Positions 36,072 to 46,250 of a stretch of DNA of 64,000 nucleotides are shown here, one piece after another (position 1 is the first letter of the stretch; every line of letters begins with the position of its first letter). A program made the position numbers and the translations under genes. The notes under the pieces are model-generated. The model had not been told where the DNA came from and searched no databases. It saw only the letters and a program-made list of their open reading frames with translations. Where the stretch lies: the NCBI GenBank assembly GCA_934101185.1, contig CAKOQD010000002.1, forward strand, positions 11,554 through 75,553, written 5' to 3'. The DNA is from an uncultured Bacilli bacterium (GTDB taxonomy: Bacteria > Bacillota_I > Bacilli_A > RF39 > UBA660).

Positions 36072-37193
36072 ATGAATCAAATAACAAAACAAGATACAAT
36101 CATAATGAAACTATTACACTACTTCATAACAGAACAAAATTACAACCCAATTATCCTGCATGGTGCTCAAAACGAAATATGGTTAGAAAACATGAATAGT
36201 GATTATAAAATAGTTAGACTTGTATCAAACTATATTCATAATAATGAACAATTTGACTATGACATTTTTAAAACTCAAAAAATAACCAAAAACATTAAAA
36301 GAAAAACATTTAATTTCAATATGAATGTTTTAAGCATATATACAGATCTTGGAGATAACGTTGAATTAAAAAACGAAAAAGGAATAGACTGTGTTGAAAT
36401 AGAAAAAGAAAGCGAAATAAAAAAAGAATTAAAAAATTACTTCCCCGATATAGAAGAAAAACTTGATTTTAAAGAAAAAGGAATTGATTTATTTATTAAA
36501 ATAACTGATGATATAAATCAAAAAAACATGGAAAAAGCAAGAAAAATAGATGCGATATTTACCCCAAAAACTCCAATAGTTACATACACTATTATAGCAA
36601 TAAATGTATTTATATTCTTATTTGCAATATTATTTAATACTAGTGACTTTGTCGTGGGTCTATTATCAAACTACGGTCCATACATAAGAGAAGGTCAATA
36701 CTATAGACTATTAACAAGTGAATTTGTACACGTTAATATCCTCCACATCCTATGTAATATGTATGCACTATACATAATAGGTTCACAAGTAGAAAACTAC
36801 TTTGGAAAAATAAAATATATAATAATATACATAATAAGTGCAATAACAGCATCACTACTATCAATGCTACTAAATATGAACACAGCATCAATCGGAGCAA
36901 GTGGAGCAATCTTTGGACTTATGGGAGCATTACTATACTTTGGTATAAACTATAGAGTATACTTAGGAACAGCTCTAACCAAAGAAATACTACCAGTAAT
37001 TATTCTAAACCTTTTATTAGGATTCACCCTATCAGGAGTCGATAACTTTGCCCATTTCGGGGGACTAATCGGAGGATTCTTAACAACAATGGCCGTAGGC
37101 ATATCTATAAAAAAAGAAGATAGAGTAAATGGAATAATACTTACTATTTTATACATTGGATTCTTAATATTTATGAATTTCTTTTACGTATAA
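36072..37193 (+). CDS. Rhomboid family intramembrane serine protease with a cytoplasmic N-terminal extension
   Basis: GASGAIFGLMGA (catalytic Ser) and FAHFGG (catalytic His) within 6-7 TM segments. Confidence 0.85.
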   Translation: MNQITKQDTIIMKLLHYFITEQNYNPIILHGAQNEIWLENMNSDYKIVRLVSNYIHNNEQFDYDIFKTQKITKNIKRKTFNFNMNVLSIYTDLGDNVELKNEKGIDCVEIEKESEIKKELKNYFPDIEEKLDFKEKGIDLFIKITDDINQKNMEKARKIDAIFTPKTPIVTYTIIAINVFIFLFAILFNTSDFVVGLLSNYGPYIREGQYYRLLTSEFVHVNILHILCNMYALYIIGSQVENYFGKIKYIIIYIISAITASLLSMLLNMNTASIGASGAIFGLMGALLYFGINYRVYLGTALTKEILPVIILNLLLGFTLSGVDNFAHFGGLIGGFLTTMAVGISIKKEDRVNGIILTILYIGFLIFMNFFYV

Positions 37194-37268
37194 GACAAAT
37201 ATTGTCTTTTTTTTCTTTGTTTATTAATAATATTAAATATGATAAAATAAATATGAGGAGTTAAAAAT

Positions 37269-38234
37269 ATGAAAAAAATACTTGTAATATTTGGTGGAAA
37301 AAGTAATGAACATGATGTTAGCATTTCATCAACAAAAAGCATTTCTAAAAACATAGACAAAAATCTTTTTAAAGTGGATTACATCTACATAGATAAAAAA
37401 GGTATATGGAAAAAAGTAAAAGATCCAAATAACTTAAACAATTACAAAAAAGTAAAAAACTATAATATCATAACAAAATATGATAAGATCTTTCCGTTAA
37501 TACATGGAGAATTTGGAGAAGACGGAAAGATACAAGGACTATTTGAAATATATAATGTAAATTATGTAGGATCTAACACAAAGACAAGCGCTATTGCAAT
37601 GGATAAAGTAATAACAAAAGAATTAGTAGAACAACTAGGTATCCCGGTAGTAGACTATCTTTATATAAACAAAAATAACTATGACATTGAAAAACTTAAA
37701 AAACAAATAACAAAAAAGATAAAATATCCATGCTTTATAAAACCTGCAAACGCAGGAAGCAGCTTTGGAGCCCAAAAAGTAGAAAACCCTAAGCTCTTGG
37801 AAGAAAAACTAAATGAGACATTTAAATATGATAATAAAGTATTAGTAGAAAAACTATTAGACAAAAGAGAAATAGAAGTAGCGATACTAGGCAATGAAAA
37901 TAGAATAATATCAGAACCAGGAGAAATAATAATAGATAAAAATCTATACGATTATGAGACAAAATATAATGATATTAATACTAAAATACAATTAGCAAAC
38001 CTAACTAAAAAAGAAAAAGAAACCATTAAAAAATATGCCATAACCATATATGAAAAATTAGAATGTAAAGACTTAGCAAGAATAGATTTCTTTATTGAAA
38101 ATGAAACAAACAAAATATACTTCAACGAGATAAACACTATGCCAGGTTTTACAAAACTTTCAATGTATCCATTCTTAATTGAACAAAAAAACATTACCTA
38201 TAAAGAACTAATTACAAAACTAATGGAGGACTAA
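37269..38234 (+). CDS. ddl: D-alanine--D-alanine ligase
   Basis: FGGKSNEHDVSISS N-terminus, ATP-grasp core, C-terminal FNEINTMPGFT. Confidence 0.9.
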   Translation: MKKILVIFGGKSNEHDVSISSTKSISKNIDKNLFKVDYIYIDKKGIWKKVKDPNNLNNYKKVKNYNIITKYDKIFPLIHGEFGEDGKIQGLFEIYNVNYVGSNTKTSAIAMDKVITKELVEQLGIPVVDYLYINKNNYDIEKLKKQITKKIKYPCFIKPANAGSSFGAQKVENPKLLEEKLNETFKYDNKVLVEKLLDKREIEVAILGNENRIISEPGEIIIDKNLYDYETKYNDINTKIQLANLTKKEKETIKKYAITIYEKLECKDLARIDFFIENETNKIYFNEINTMPGFTKLSMYPFLIEQKNITYKELITKLMED

Positions 38235-38235
38235 T

Positions 38236-39417
38236 ATGAATGAAAAAGAAGTAATAACATCAACAGTAAATAACTTTGGAAACGCAATCACTAAAATAGA
38301 CAATAAAGTAGTATTCGTAGAAAAAGCATTACAAGACGAAACACTAAAAGTACAAATAATAAAAGACTATAAAAACTATCAAATAGCAAAAATTATAAAA
38401 ATAATAAAACCAAATAAAAATAGAATAAAACCAGTATGTAAATACTATGATAAATGCGGAGGATGTGCATTCCTACACACTACAAATGAAGAAGAACTAT
38501 CTATAAAAGAAAACTATATAAAAGAATTATTCAAAGACTATGAAGTAAAAAGTATTGTAAAAACAAATGAATATAACTATAGAAACAAAGTAACCCTACA
38601 TATTAAAAATAAAAAAATAGGTTTCTATCAAAAGGGTACAAATGAATTGGTAGAAATAGATACTTGTCATTTATTAAAAGAGCAACTAAACGAAGTAATT
38701 AAAATACTTAAAAATATAGATTTAAAAGATATAAAAGAAATAATGATAAGAACAAATGAAAACAAAGACATAATGATTAAAACAATAGGAACCATCAAAA
38801 ATGACGATATATTAAAAATACTAAAAATAAACAATTTAAAAAGCCTGTATCAAGACGATAAATTAATATACGAAGAACCATATATAAAAGAAAATATAAA
38901 TAATATAAAGTATACAATATATCCAGATGCATTCTTTCAAGTAAATAAAGAAGGCATGATAAAACTATACGATTTAAATAGAAAATATGCAGAAAAAGGA
39001 AATAAACTATTAGATTTATACTGTGGAACAGGAACAATAGGAATATATTTAAGTGACTTATATAAAGAAGTATTTGGAATAGAAATAAACAAAGACTCAA
39101 TAAAAAATGCTAAACTAAATAAAAAATTAAACAACATAAAAAACATTGACTTCATATGTAGTGATGCCAGTAACATTAAAGAAAAATATGATACTATAAC
39201 AGTAGACCCTCCAAGAGTAGGGCTATCAAAAAAAGTAATAGAAAAAATACTTGAAATAAAACCTGAAAAAATTATATATACATCATGCAACCCTAATACA
39301 TTAAAAAGAGATATAAAATTGCTTGAAGAAAACTATTCTGTAAAAGAAATAACTCCAGTAAATATGTTTCCAAAAACAGAACATATTGAATGCATTGCAT
39401 TACTAACTCATAAATAA
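38236..39417 (+). CDS. 23S rRNA (uracil-C5)-methyltransferase, RumA/RlmD family
   Basis: TRAM-like N-terminus, Fe-S Cys cluster CKYYDKCGGCAFLH, SAM motif LDLYCGTGTIG, VDPPRVG. Confidence 0.85.
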   Translation: MNEKEVITSTVNNFGNAITKIDNKVVFVEKALQDETLKVQIIKDYKNYQIAKIIKIIKPNKNRIKPVCKYYDKCGGCAFLHTTNEEELSIKENYIKELFKDYEVKSIVKTNEYNYRNKVTLHIKNKKIGFYQKGTNELVEIDTCHLLKEQLNEVIKILKNIDLKDIKEIMIRTNENKDIMIKTIGTIKNDDILKILKINNLKSLYQDDKLIYEEPYIKENINNIKYTIYPDAFFQVNKEGMIKLYDLNRKYAEKGNKLLDLYCGTGTIGIYLSDLYKEVFGIEINKDSIKNAKLNKKLNNIKNIDFICSDASNIKEKYDTITVDPPRVGLSKKVIEKILEIKPEKIIYTSCNPNTLKRDIKLLEENYSVKEITPVNMFPKTEHIECIALLTHK

Positions 39418-39437
39418 AACTAAAAAGGATGATGATT

Positions 39438-39767
39438 ATGGAAAAGATTTATAATAAATTAGTCAGAGACAATATACCAGATATTATTAAAAATAATGGA
39501 GAAATACCAATAACAAAAACTCTAGATCAAAACGATTATAAAAAAGAATTAGAAATTAAATTAAATGAAGAATACCATGAAGTATTAGAATCAAGTGGAA
39601 AAAACAGAATAGAAGAATTAGGAGACATGCTTGAAGTAATAAAAGTCTTAGCGGAGCTGGAGGGCAGTAGTCTAAATGAAGTAATTGAAACATCAAAGAA
39701 AAAATGTTTAAAACGTGGTGGCTTTAGTAAAAAAATATTTCTTATAAAAACAAAAGAAAATGATTAA
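39438..39767 (+). CDS. MazG-like nucleoside triphosphate pyrophosphohydrolase domain protein
   Basis: KLVRDNIPDII N-terminus and EEYHEVLE...EELGDMLEV acidic helices. Confidence 0.65.
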   Translation: MEKIYNKLVRDNIPDIIKNNGEIPITKTLDQNDYKKELEIKLNEEYHEVLESSGKNRIEELGDMLEVIKVLAELEGSSLNEVIETSKKKCLKRGGFSKKIFLIKTKEND

Positions 39768-39783
39768 ATGTTAAGGAGTTACT

Positions 39784-40230
39784 ATGTACGAAATAAAAGA
39801 AATAAGTATTAATGAACTAAATACCAATGAAAATATTTTTAATACTTTAAGAGAGATATACGAAAACTTTGATACTTGGTTAGAAAAATTAAAAAAAGAA
39901 AATACAAAATGTTATATAACTACAAATTCTAAAGAAATAACATCTCTAATGATTCTGAAAATAGATGAAAAAGATTCAAATCAAATAACTACAAAAGAAA
40001 AACTACTTAAAATAAGAACTCTAATAGTAAAAGATAAAAATAAAGGAATTGGAAATAGATGCTTAAATAAATCAATAGAAATAGCTAAACAAAATAATAT
40101 AAATTATGTCTATATAACTTGTAAAAATAATAACAAAGAAATGATTGAATTCTTAAATAAACACTCATTCAAACTATACAATGAGTTGGAAGAAGAAAAC
40201 ATATATCTATTAAAAATAGAAAGGAAATAA
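39784..40230 (+). CDS. GNAT family N-acetyltransferase
   Basis: 148 aa. KNKGIGNRCLNKSIEIAK acetyl-CoA-site-like block. Confidence 0.55.
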   Translation: MYEIKEISINELNTNENIFNTLREIYENFDTWLEKLKKENTKCYITTNSKEITSLMILKIDEKDSNQITTKEKLLKIRTLIVKDKNKGIGNRCLNKSIEIAKQNNINYVYITCKNNNKEMIEFLNKHSFKLYNELEEENIYLLKIERK

Positions 40231-40232
40231 AA

Positions 40233-40565
40233 ATGAAAAGATGGCAATTTTAAACAGATAATGACAAGTTAATAGAACTAGTTTTAAAAGGACAAAAAAG
40301 AGCTACCACATCACTATATAATGAATACATTAAAGAACAAGAACCACTCCCTAAAAAAGGAGAAAAAAGCATTATTCAGTACTCTAACAATAAAGATGCA
40401 TGCCTAATAGTAATAGAAAAAGTAATTATTACACAGTTCAAAAATATAACTGAAGAACTTGCCTTTATCGAAGGAGAAGGGGATAAATCATTCAATAAAG
40501 AATCTAAAGTAGTATTTGAAATATTTAAAGTATTAAAAAATACTAATTATAAGGAGTCAATATGA
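40233..40565 (+). pseudogene. ASCH-domain gene inactivated by an in-frame stop at codon 7 and an apparent C-terminal deletion
   Basis: ATG at 40233 gives MKRWQF then TAA (40251). The same frame continues TDNDKLIELVLKGQKRATTSLY...ELAFIEGEGDKS, typical of ASCH/YqfB-like proteins, but ends early. There is no internal Met restart. Confidence 0.6.
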
Positions 40566-41017
40566 TAATAGAAAAAGTAAATAATATTAATGATGCTAAA
40601 AAATGCAATGAATTATTAACTAAATTGTTAATGAGTGAAAGTAAATACGATAAAAACTTAAGAAATGATTACATAATAACAAACTACTTTGAAAATAAAT
40701 ATCAAAATGAAGATAACATTCTATTAATTGCTAAACAAGAAGAAAACGTAATAGGATACGCATACTGTAAAATAAATGAACTTCCAGGAGGCCCCATTAT
40801 ATCAAAAGTAACCTTACTAGATGGAATCTTTGTCGAAGAAAAATATAGAAAACAAAAAATAGCAACAAAACTAATTAATGAATGCAAAAACTGGAGTAAA
40901 AAAATCGGAGCAACTTACTTTGAAATAAAAGTTGCAAAAGAAAATATAAATGCTTTAAAACTATATGAACAAATAGGCTTTAAAGACTTCGAACACAAAA
41001 TGAGAATACAATTATAA
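40562..41017 (+). CDS. GNAT family N-acetyltransferase
   Basis: 151 aa. EEKYRKQKIATKLINECKNWSKKIG motif A. Confidence 0.7.
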   Translation: MIIEKVNNINDAKKCNELLTKLLMSESKYDKNLRNDYIITNYFENKYQNEDNILLIAKQEENVIGYAYCKINELPGGPIISKVTLLDGIFVEEKYRKQKIATKLINECKNWSKKIGATYFEIKVAKENINALKLYEQIGFKDFEHKMRIQL

Positions 41018-41111
41018 GAGTAAAAACACTGTAAACTATTCATTACAAACCTTGTAAAAAGTATTAAAAAAGACTATACTAATTATATAAAAGAAATAAA
41101 GAGGTGGAACT

Positions 41112-41183
41112 ATGGTAAATACTGTGGTAATAATATTACTAATTTTATGTGCATGTGTTGGAATATATCTAATAAAATGTTAA
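41112..41183 (+). CDS. Possible 23-aa hydrophobic micropeptide upstream of murD
   Basis: Strong RBS agaggtgg 5 nt before the ATG. MVNTVVIILLILCACVGIYLIKC. The stop lies 14 nt before the murD ATG. Confidence 0.35.
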   Translation: MVNTVVIILLILCACVGIYLIKC

Positions 41184-41197
41184 CAAGGAGAGATAAC

Positions 41198-42550
41198 ATG
41201 TTTGAAAACAAAAAAATCTTAATATTAGGCTTTGCAAGAAGCGGATACGATGCTGCCAAATATTTAATAAATAAAAATAATCAAGTAATAGTAACAGATA
41301 AAAAAGAAATAAAAGACGAAAAATATAATGAATTAAAAGAACTTGGAGTACAATTTGTAATGAATGATTCAAAAACTGATATTTTAGATAATACATTTGA
41401 TTATCTAATTAAAAGTCCTGGAGTTCCAATAGATCATCCATACGTCATAAAGGCAAAACAACTCCAAGTAGAAGTCATAAATGAAGTAGAAATGGCATAT
41501 CGCATAATTAGAAAAGAACATAATATAAAACTAATTGCCATAACAGGTAGCAACGGAAAAACAACAACTACAACACTCATTTATAATATGCTAAAACAGT
41601 CTCATGACAACGTCTTTCTAGCGGGAAACATTGGTTATCCATTATCAGGATTTATAGAAAAAGTAAAAGATAATGATATAATCGTAATGGAAACATCGTG
41701 TCAACAACTAGAAAACTTAAAAGAGTTCAAACCAGATATTGCAGTAATGACTAATATCACTGAAGCACATATCGATTTTATGAAAACATATGAACACTAT
41801 AAATATGTAAAAAGTAAACTACTACAAAATCAAACAAAAGAAGACATTGCTATTTTAAACAATGAATCAGAAGACTTAAAAGAAGCAACAAAAGATGCTA
41901 AATCAACTAAAAAATACTTCTCATCAAAAAATACTATAAATGGATGCTACATAAAAGACAATGAAATATATTATTATGATGAAAAAATAATAGACTTAAA
42001 AGATATCAAATTACGCGGAATGCATAATTACGAAAACATTATGGCATCCATCATGGCAGTAAAAGAATTAAACATTACAAACGAAGATATAAAGAAAGTA
42101 CTAACAACCTTCATGGGAGTAGAACATCGTCTAGAATATGTTAACACAGTTAATAATAGAACATTCTATAATGACACTGAAGCAACAAATATAAAATGTA
42201 CTCAAATAGCACTTTCCTCATTTGAAGAACCAACCATAATAATACTCGGAGGACTAGAAAGAGGACAAAACTTCAATGACTTACTACCATATATGAAAAA
42301 TGTTAAAGCAATCCTAGCAATTGGACAATGTAGAAAAAGAGTAGTAGACTTTGCAAAAGAAAATAATATAGAAGTATTTGAATACGAACATCTAAAAGAT
42401 GCAACTTTAAAAGCCTATGAAATATCACAAGAACACGATGTAATATTACTTAGTCCTGCCAGTGCATCATGGGATCAATACAAACAGTGCGAAGACAGAG
42501 GAGCAGAATTTAAAAATATAGTCAATAACTTAATTGACAATTCAAAATAA
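41198..42550 (+). CDS. murD: UDP-N-acetylmuramoyl-L-alanine--D-glutamate ligase
   Basis: ILILGFARSG Rossmann N-terminus, ITGSNGKTTTT P-loop. RBS aaggaga before the ATG at 41198. Confidence 0.9.
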   Translation: MFENKKILILGFARSGYDAAKYLINKNNQVIVTDKKEIKDEKYNELKELGVQFVMNDSKTDILDNTFDYLIKSPGVPIDHPYVIKAKQLQVEVINEVEMAYRIIRKEHNIKLIAITGSNGKTTTTTLIYNMLKQSHDNVFLAGNIGYPLSGFIEKVKDNDIIVMETSCQQLENLKEFKPDIAVMTNITEAHIDFMKTYEHYKYVKSKLLQNQTKEDIAILNNESEDLKEATKDAKSTKKYFSSKNTINGCYIKDNEIYYYDEKIIDLKDIKLRGMHNYENIMASIMAVKELNITNEDIKKVLTTFMGVEHRLEYVNTVNNRTFYNDTEATNIKCTQIALSSFEEPTIIILGGLERGQNFNDLLPYMKNVKAILAIGQCRKRVVDFAKENNIEVFEYEHLKDATLKAYEISQEHDVILLSPASASWDQYKQCEDRGAEFKNIVNNLIDNSK

Positions 42551-42590
42551 ATATGTTAATTTAAAATAGAAAAGAAGGGAGAGGTAAAAT

Positions 42591-43331
42591 ATGCCAACTA
42601 ATAACGAAGAAACAAAAGAAACTAAAAAACAAGCACCTAAAAAAACAACGAGTGCTAAAAAGACTACTAGCACAAAAACAACTACTACACCAAAGAAAAC
42701 TACCACAACTAAAACAAGTACTGCTAAAAAAAGTACAACAACTAAAAAGACAACTACCAAAACTACAACAAAAAAAGATGAAACAGTAAAAAAACAAGCA
42801 CCAAAAACAACTGCTAAAACTTCAACTAAAAAAACAACAAGTGCTAAAAAAACTACTACAGCACCTAAAAAAGAAGAGGTAAAAAAAGAAACTCCAAAGA
42901 AAGAAAATATAAAACAAGAACCAAAAGAAGAAAAGAAAGACTTTGTTGAAGAAGCAATGGATGTAGTAGAAAACATTATGGATACTAAAGATACAACAAA
43001 CAAATATAAAGAAGATGACATAGCTAAAAACACAGCAGTATCTATTCTTGCATACCTTGGAATCCTAAGTTTAATTCCGTATTTCCTATGCAAAGATAGT
43101 AAATTTGCAATGTTCAATGCTAAACAAGGAGTAAACTTATTTATCCTTGAAGTAATTTGTGCACTTCTAGCAAACATTATTAATCTATTCACTCCATGGT
43201 GGATAGCAAGAGCAATAATTTATGTTGTATATTTAATATTCGTTCTATTATCATTAATCGGAGTTATAAACGTATTAAATGGTAAAGCAAAAGAACTACC
43301 ATATGTAAGTGCATTTAAATTTATAAAATAG
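42591..43331 (+). CDS. Membrane protein: Lys/Thr-rich low-complexity N-terminus plus DUF4870-like C-terminal TM domain
   Basis: About 100 aa of KKTT(S/T)(A/T)KK-type repeats, then AYLGILSLIPYFLCKDSKFAMFNAKQG and two further TM helices. Confidence 0.7.
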   Translation: MPTNNEETKETKKQAPKKTTSAKKTTSTKTTTTPKKTTTTKTSTAKKSTTTKKTTTKTTTKKDETVKKQAPKTTAKTSTKKTTSAKKTTTAPKKEEVKKETPKKENIKQEPKEEKKDFVEEAMDVVENIMDTKDTTNKYKEDDIAKNTAVSILAYLGILSLIPYFLCKDSKFAMFNAKQGVNLFILEVICALLANIINLFTPWWIARAIIYVVYLIFVLLSLIGVINVLNGKAKELPYVSAFKFIK

Positions 43332-43424
43332 ACTTTGACGTAAAAACTCAAAGTTTTTTTTATTTGATTGTATAAAAAAAAATAATATGGTACAATACTT
43401 ATATAAATAATAAAGGGTGATACT

Positions 43425-46250
43425 ATGAATTTTATAAAAAATAATTATAAAAAAATAACTCCATTTGTAGTAATAATGTTAATAGCGATAATCTCGTATT
43501 CAGCTACACAATCATCATATGCCCAAACAACTACAAAAACGTTTACAAGACAAGAAATACAAGACATGATAGTATCCACTGCAACAAGTTACCTAAGAAA
43601 CAACACATATTCAGACTACGATCAACATTCAATGGATGCATCATCTACATATAATGGTTCATCAATTACAACATTCAACTGGAGAGACTTTAACATAACA
43701 CCAGAAATGGTAAGTAGAACCAATAACTTCCATGATGACTGTAGTAGTTTCGTAACACAAGTATTAATAAACTCAATAGACTATGACTTCTCAAATTACT
43801 ATAACTATACATCAAATACATTCTACTTATTTAAAAACTTTACTTACACACAGTCTAAGTCATCAAAAACGACATTTATCGAAGGCTATAAAAGAACAGG
43901 AAAAAGTATTTCAACATTCTTCTTCAATAAATTAGCAAACTCTATAGCAAACGTATCTAAAGGAACAGAATATAAAAATGATACAGACTTTGTAAACTAT
44001 TATTATGAATTCACTGGAAGTGAAACAACATCTAAAAGAAATACTGTAATCTCAAGCGTTAAACAAAGACTACAAAAAGGAGACATCGTAGTATATAGAC
44101 ACACAACATCATCAGGAAGTGCTGGAGGACACGTTATGGTCTATGCCGGAGACTTCTACGACAACAATGGTACAAAAATGACTGGATTCATTCATTCAAC
44201 AGGAAAAAGCTATGACTTTACAACAGAAACACTAAATAGAGATAAATATGCAGTACAAACAGGTACAATGACTGTTAAAATAGATGATATAATAAACGAT
44301 ACCAAAACAACATCATACATGATTCTAAGACCAATAAACTATTACTGCTCATCAAAAGATTCATGCAGTCTAACCGTACCAAACAATTCATTAGCAAGAC
44401 CATCTATGAAAGAATTAAAAATAGAACAATACATATCAAAAGACAATAAAGATATTTCAAAATACAACAGTGTCAATATTAATGATACACTTACATATAA
44501 TTTAGATATAAAAAATATTAAAATAAACCCAATAAAAAACATTACAATAACCGCAGAAACACCAAGCAATACAACCTATGTTAGTTGTAATAATGATTGT
44601 AAATATAACAACAATGAAATAACTTGGACACTAGGTAATAATAGTAATATAACAAGCAATACATATAGTTATACAGTAAAAGTAGATAAACAAACAACAA
44701 TTACTAATACAGGTTTTAAAATAAAAAATCCTGATAATACAATCCTTCAAATGAGTGAATTAAATACCAATATAAATCCAAGTATTAATAATGAACTAGA
44801 TACTAATGTATTAACAAGTATAATAAAACTATCCCAAGAATTAAATAAAAATGGATATCTAACATACGGAACAAGTACAAACAATAACATTTATAAAACA
44901 GACATCACTACTATAAATGAAAATAATAAAGTAACAATCTCATCAGTAGACTATATAAAGTTCTTATACTACAATGCCTATGGAATAGACTTAAGTACCA
45001 TGACAAAAGATAATATAAAAACATCACTATTTAATACTCAAAGCAGTCTATACTCTAGAAAAACTACTAATAGTGATGCTATATCACAAATGCTTGTACC
45101 AGGACTATATGGAGGAAGACTACTTAAAGGAAATGATAACAACGACCGTACAAGATTTATGGTACCAAGCGATCTTGAATTTGGAGACATAGTAACATTC
45201 TACACATCAAATGCAACTCTAATAAATATATATATCTATCTAGGTCAAGAAAATAACTATCCAACATTCTTAAGAATAGCAAGTGATAACACAATAACAA
45301 AACTAACAAACACATCAGCAGAAGAACTATTTAATTCACTATATGCTAAAAGTCTATTTGCAATATTTAGACCTACAAGATACTATGGAGTAACAATAAC
45401 CCTACAAGACAATAATAAAAAAGATCATATAACCCTAGCTAAAAACACAACCTATAGAAATCTACCAATAATAGAAAAAAAATACACTGTAACATATGAA
45501 TATAACACAACACCTGATAATGAAAACAAAGAAAAAGATATAATTGATGATATATTCGATGGATGGTATAAAGGCTCTACAAAAGTAGATGAAAAAACAA
45601 CAATTACTGATCAAATGCCACATACACTAACAGCAAAATATACAAATAAAGAAATAACATTACCAACACCAATAAAAAATGGGTTCAAGTTCTTAGGATG
45701 GTACAAAGACTCAACTCTACAAAATAAAGCATCACAAACTAATAAATATACACCACAAAGTGATATAACACTATATGCTAAATGGGAAGAAGAACAACCA
45801 GACCCATCACCAGAACCACCAAAAGAATTTGACATAACATCAGATGAATTCACTATAAAAGATGGCTATATCTACTTAAAAGAAAATAATAAAGAGTTTA
45901 CAAGCTATATAAATAAATTAAAATATGATAAATCATTTAACTATAACTTAAAACTATATGATAACAATAAAGAAATAACAAATAATATAGTATTTACAGG
46001 ATCTAAACTAAAAGCAATAGACAATGACACAGTAATAAAAGAATATATAAACATTGTAAAAGGTGATGTTAATAAAACAGGAACAGTAACAATGGCAGAC
46101 GTTATGAAACTAGTAGACTATCTATTTGATAACGACACGATGACTGAAGACTATAACCTAAAAGCAGGAGATGTCAATAATACTAACACAGTAACAATGG
46201 CCGATGTTATGAAACTAGTAGACTACATTCTAGAAGGAGGAGAACTATGA
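43425..46250 (+). CDS. Large secreted protein: NlpC/P60-like cysteine peptidase domain, beta-rich middle, two Listeria-Bacteroides (Flg_new) repeats, C-terminal type I dockerin
   Basis: Signal peptide. DDCSSFV (Cys) and GGHVMVYAGD (His). FDGWYKGST and FLGWYKDST repeats. Duplicated Ca-loop/helix GDVN(K/N)T(G/N)TVTMADVMKLVDY(L/I). 38-nt DNA repeat at 46084-46121 / 46189-46226. Confidence 0.75.
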   Translation: MNFIKNNYKKITPFVVIMLIAIISYSATQSSYAQTTTKTFTRQEIQDMIVSTATSYLRNNTYSDYDQHSMDASSTYNGSSITTFNWRDFNITPEMVSRTNNFHDDCSSFVTQVLINSIDYDFSNYYNYTSNTFYLFKNFTYTQSKSSKTTFIEGYKRTGKSISTFFFNKLANSIANVSKGTEYKNDTDFVNYYYEFTGSETTSKRNTVISSVKQRLQKGDIVVYRHTTSSGSAGGHVMVYAGDFYDNNGTKMTGFIHSTGKSYDFTTETLNRDKYAVQTGTMTVKIDDIINDTKTTSYMILRPINYYCSSKDSCSLTVPNNSLARPSMKELKIEQYISKDNKDISKYNSVNINDTLTYNLDIKNIKINPIKNITITAETPSNTTYVSCNNDCKYNNNEITWTLGNNSNITSNTYSYTVKVDKQTTITNTGFKIKNPDNTILQMSELNTNINPSINNELDTNVLTSIIKLSQELNKNGYLTYGTSTNNNIYKTDITTINENNKVTISSVDYIKFLYYNAYGIDLSTMTKDNIKTSLFNTQSSLYSRKTTNSDAISQMLVPGLYGGRLLKGNDNNDRTRFMVPSDLEFGDIVTFYTSNATLINIYIYLGQENNYPTFLRIASDNTITKLTNTSAEELFNSLYAKSLFAIFRPTRYYGVTITLQDNNKKDHITLAKNTTYRNLPIIEKKYTVTYEYNTTPDNENKEKDIIDDIFDGWYKGSTKVDEKTTITDQMPHTLTAKYTNKEITLPTPIKNGFKFLGWYKDSTLQNKASQTNKYTPQSDITLYAKWEEEQPDPSPEPPKEFDITSDEFTIKDGYIYLKENNKEFTSYINKLKYDKSFNYNLKLYDNNKEITNNIVFTGSKLKAIDNDTVIKEYINIVKGDVNKTGTVTMADVMKLVDYLFDNDTMTEDYNLKAGDVNNTNTVTMADVMKLVDYILEGGEL

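Noticed and set aside
42542-43192. 216-aa minus-strand ORF (and 42561..42797) opposite the Lys/Thr-rich gene
   Set aside because: It is the complement of the A-rich KKTT repeat region, so it gives a stop-free Phe/Val/Leu-rich frame by composition alone. It has no RBS. The + strand gene has an RBS, a recognisable C-terminal domain and a terminator.
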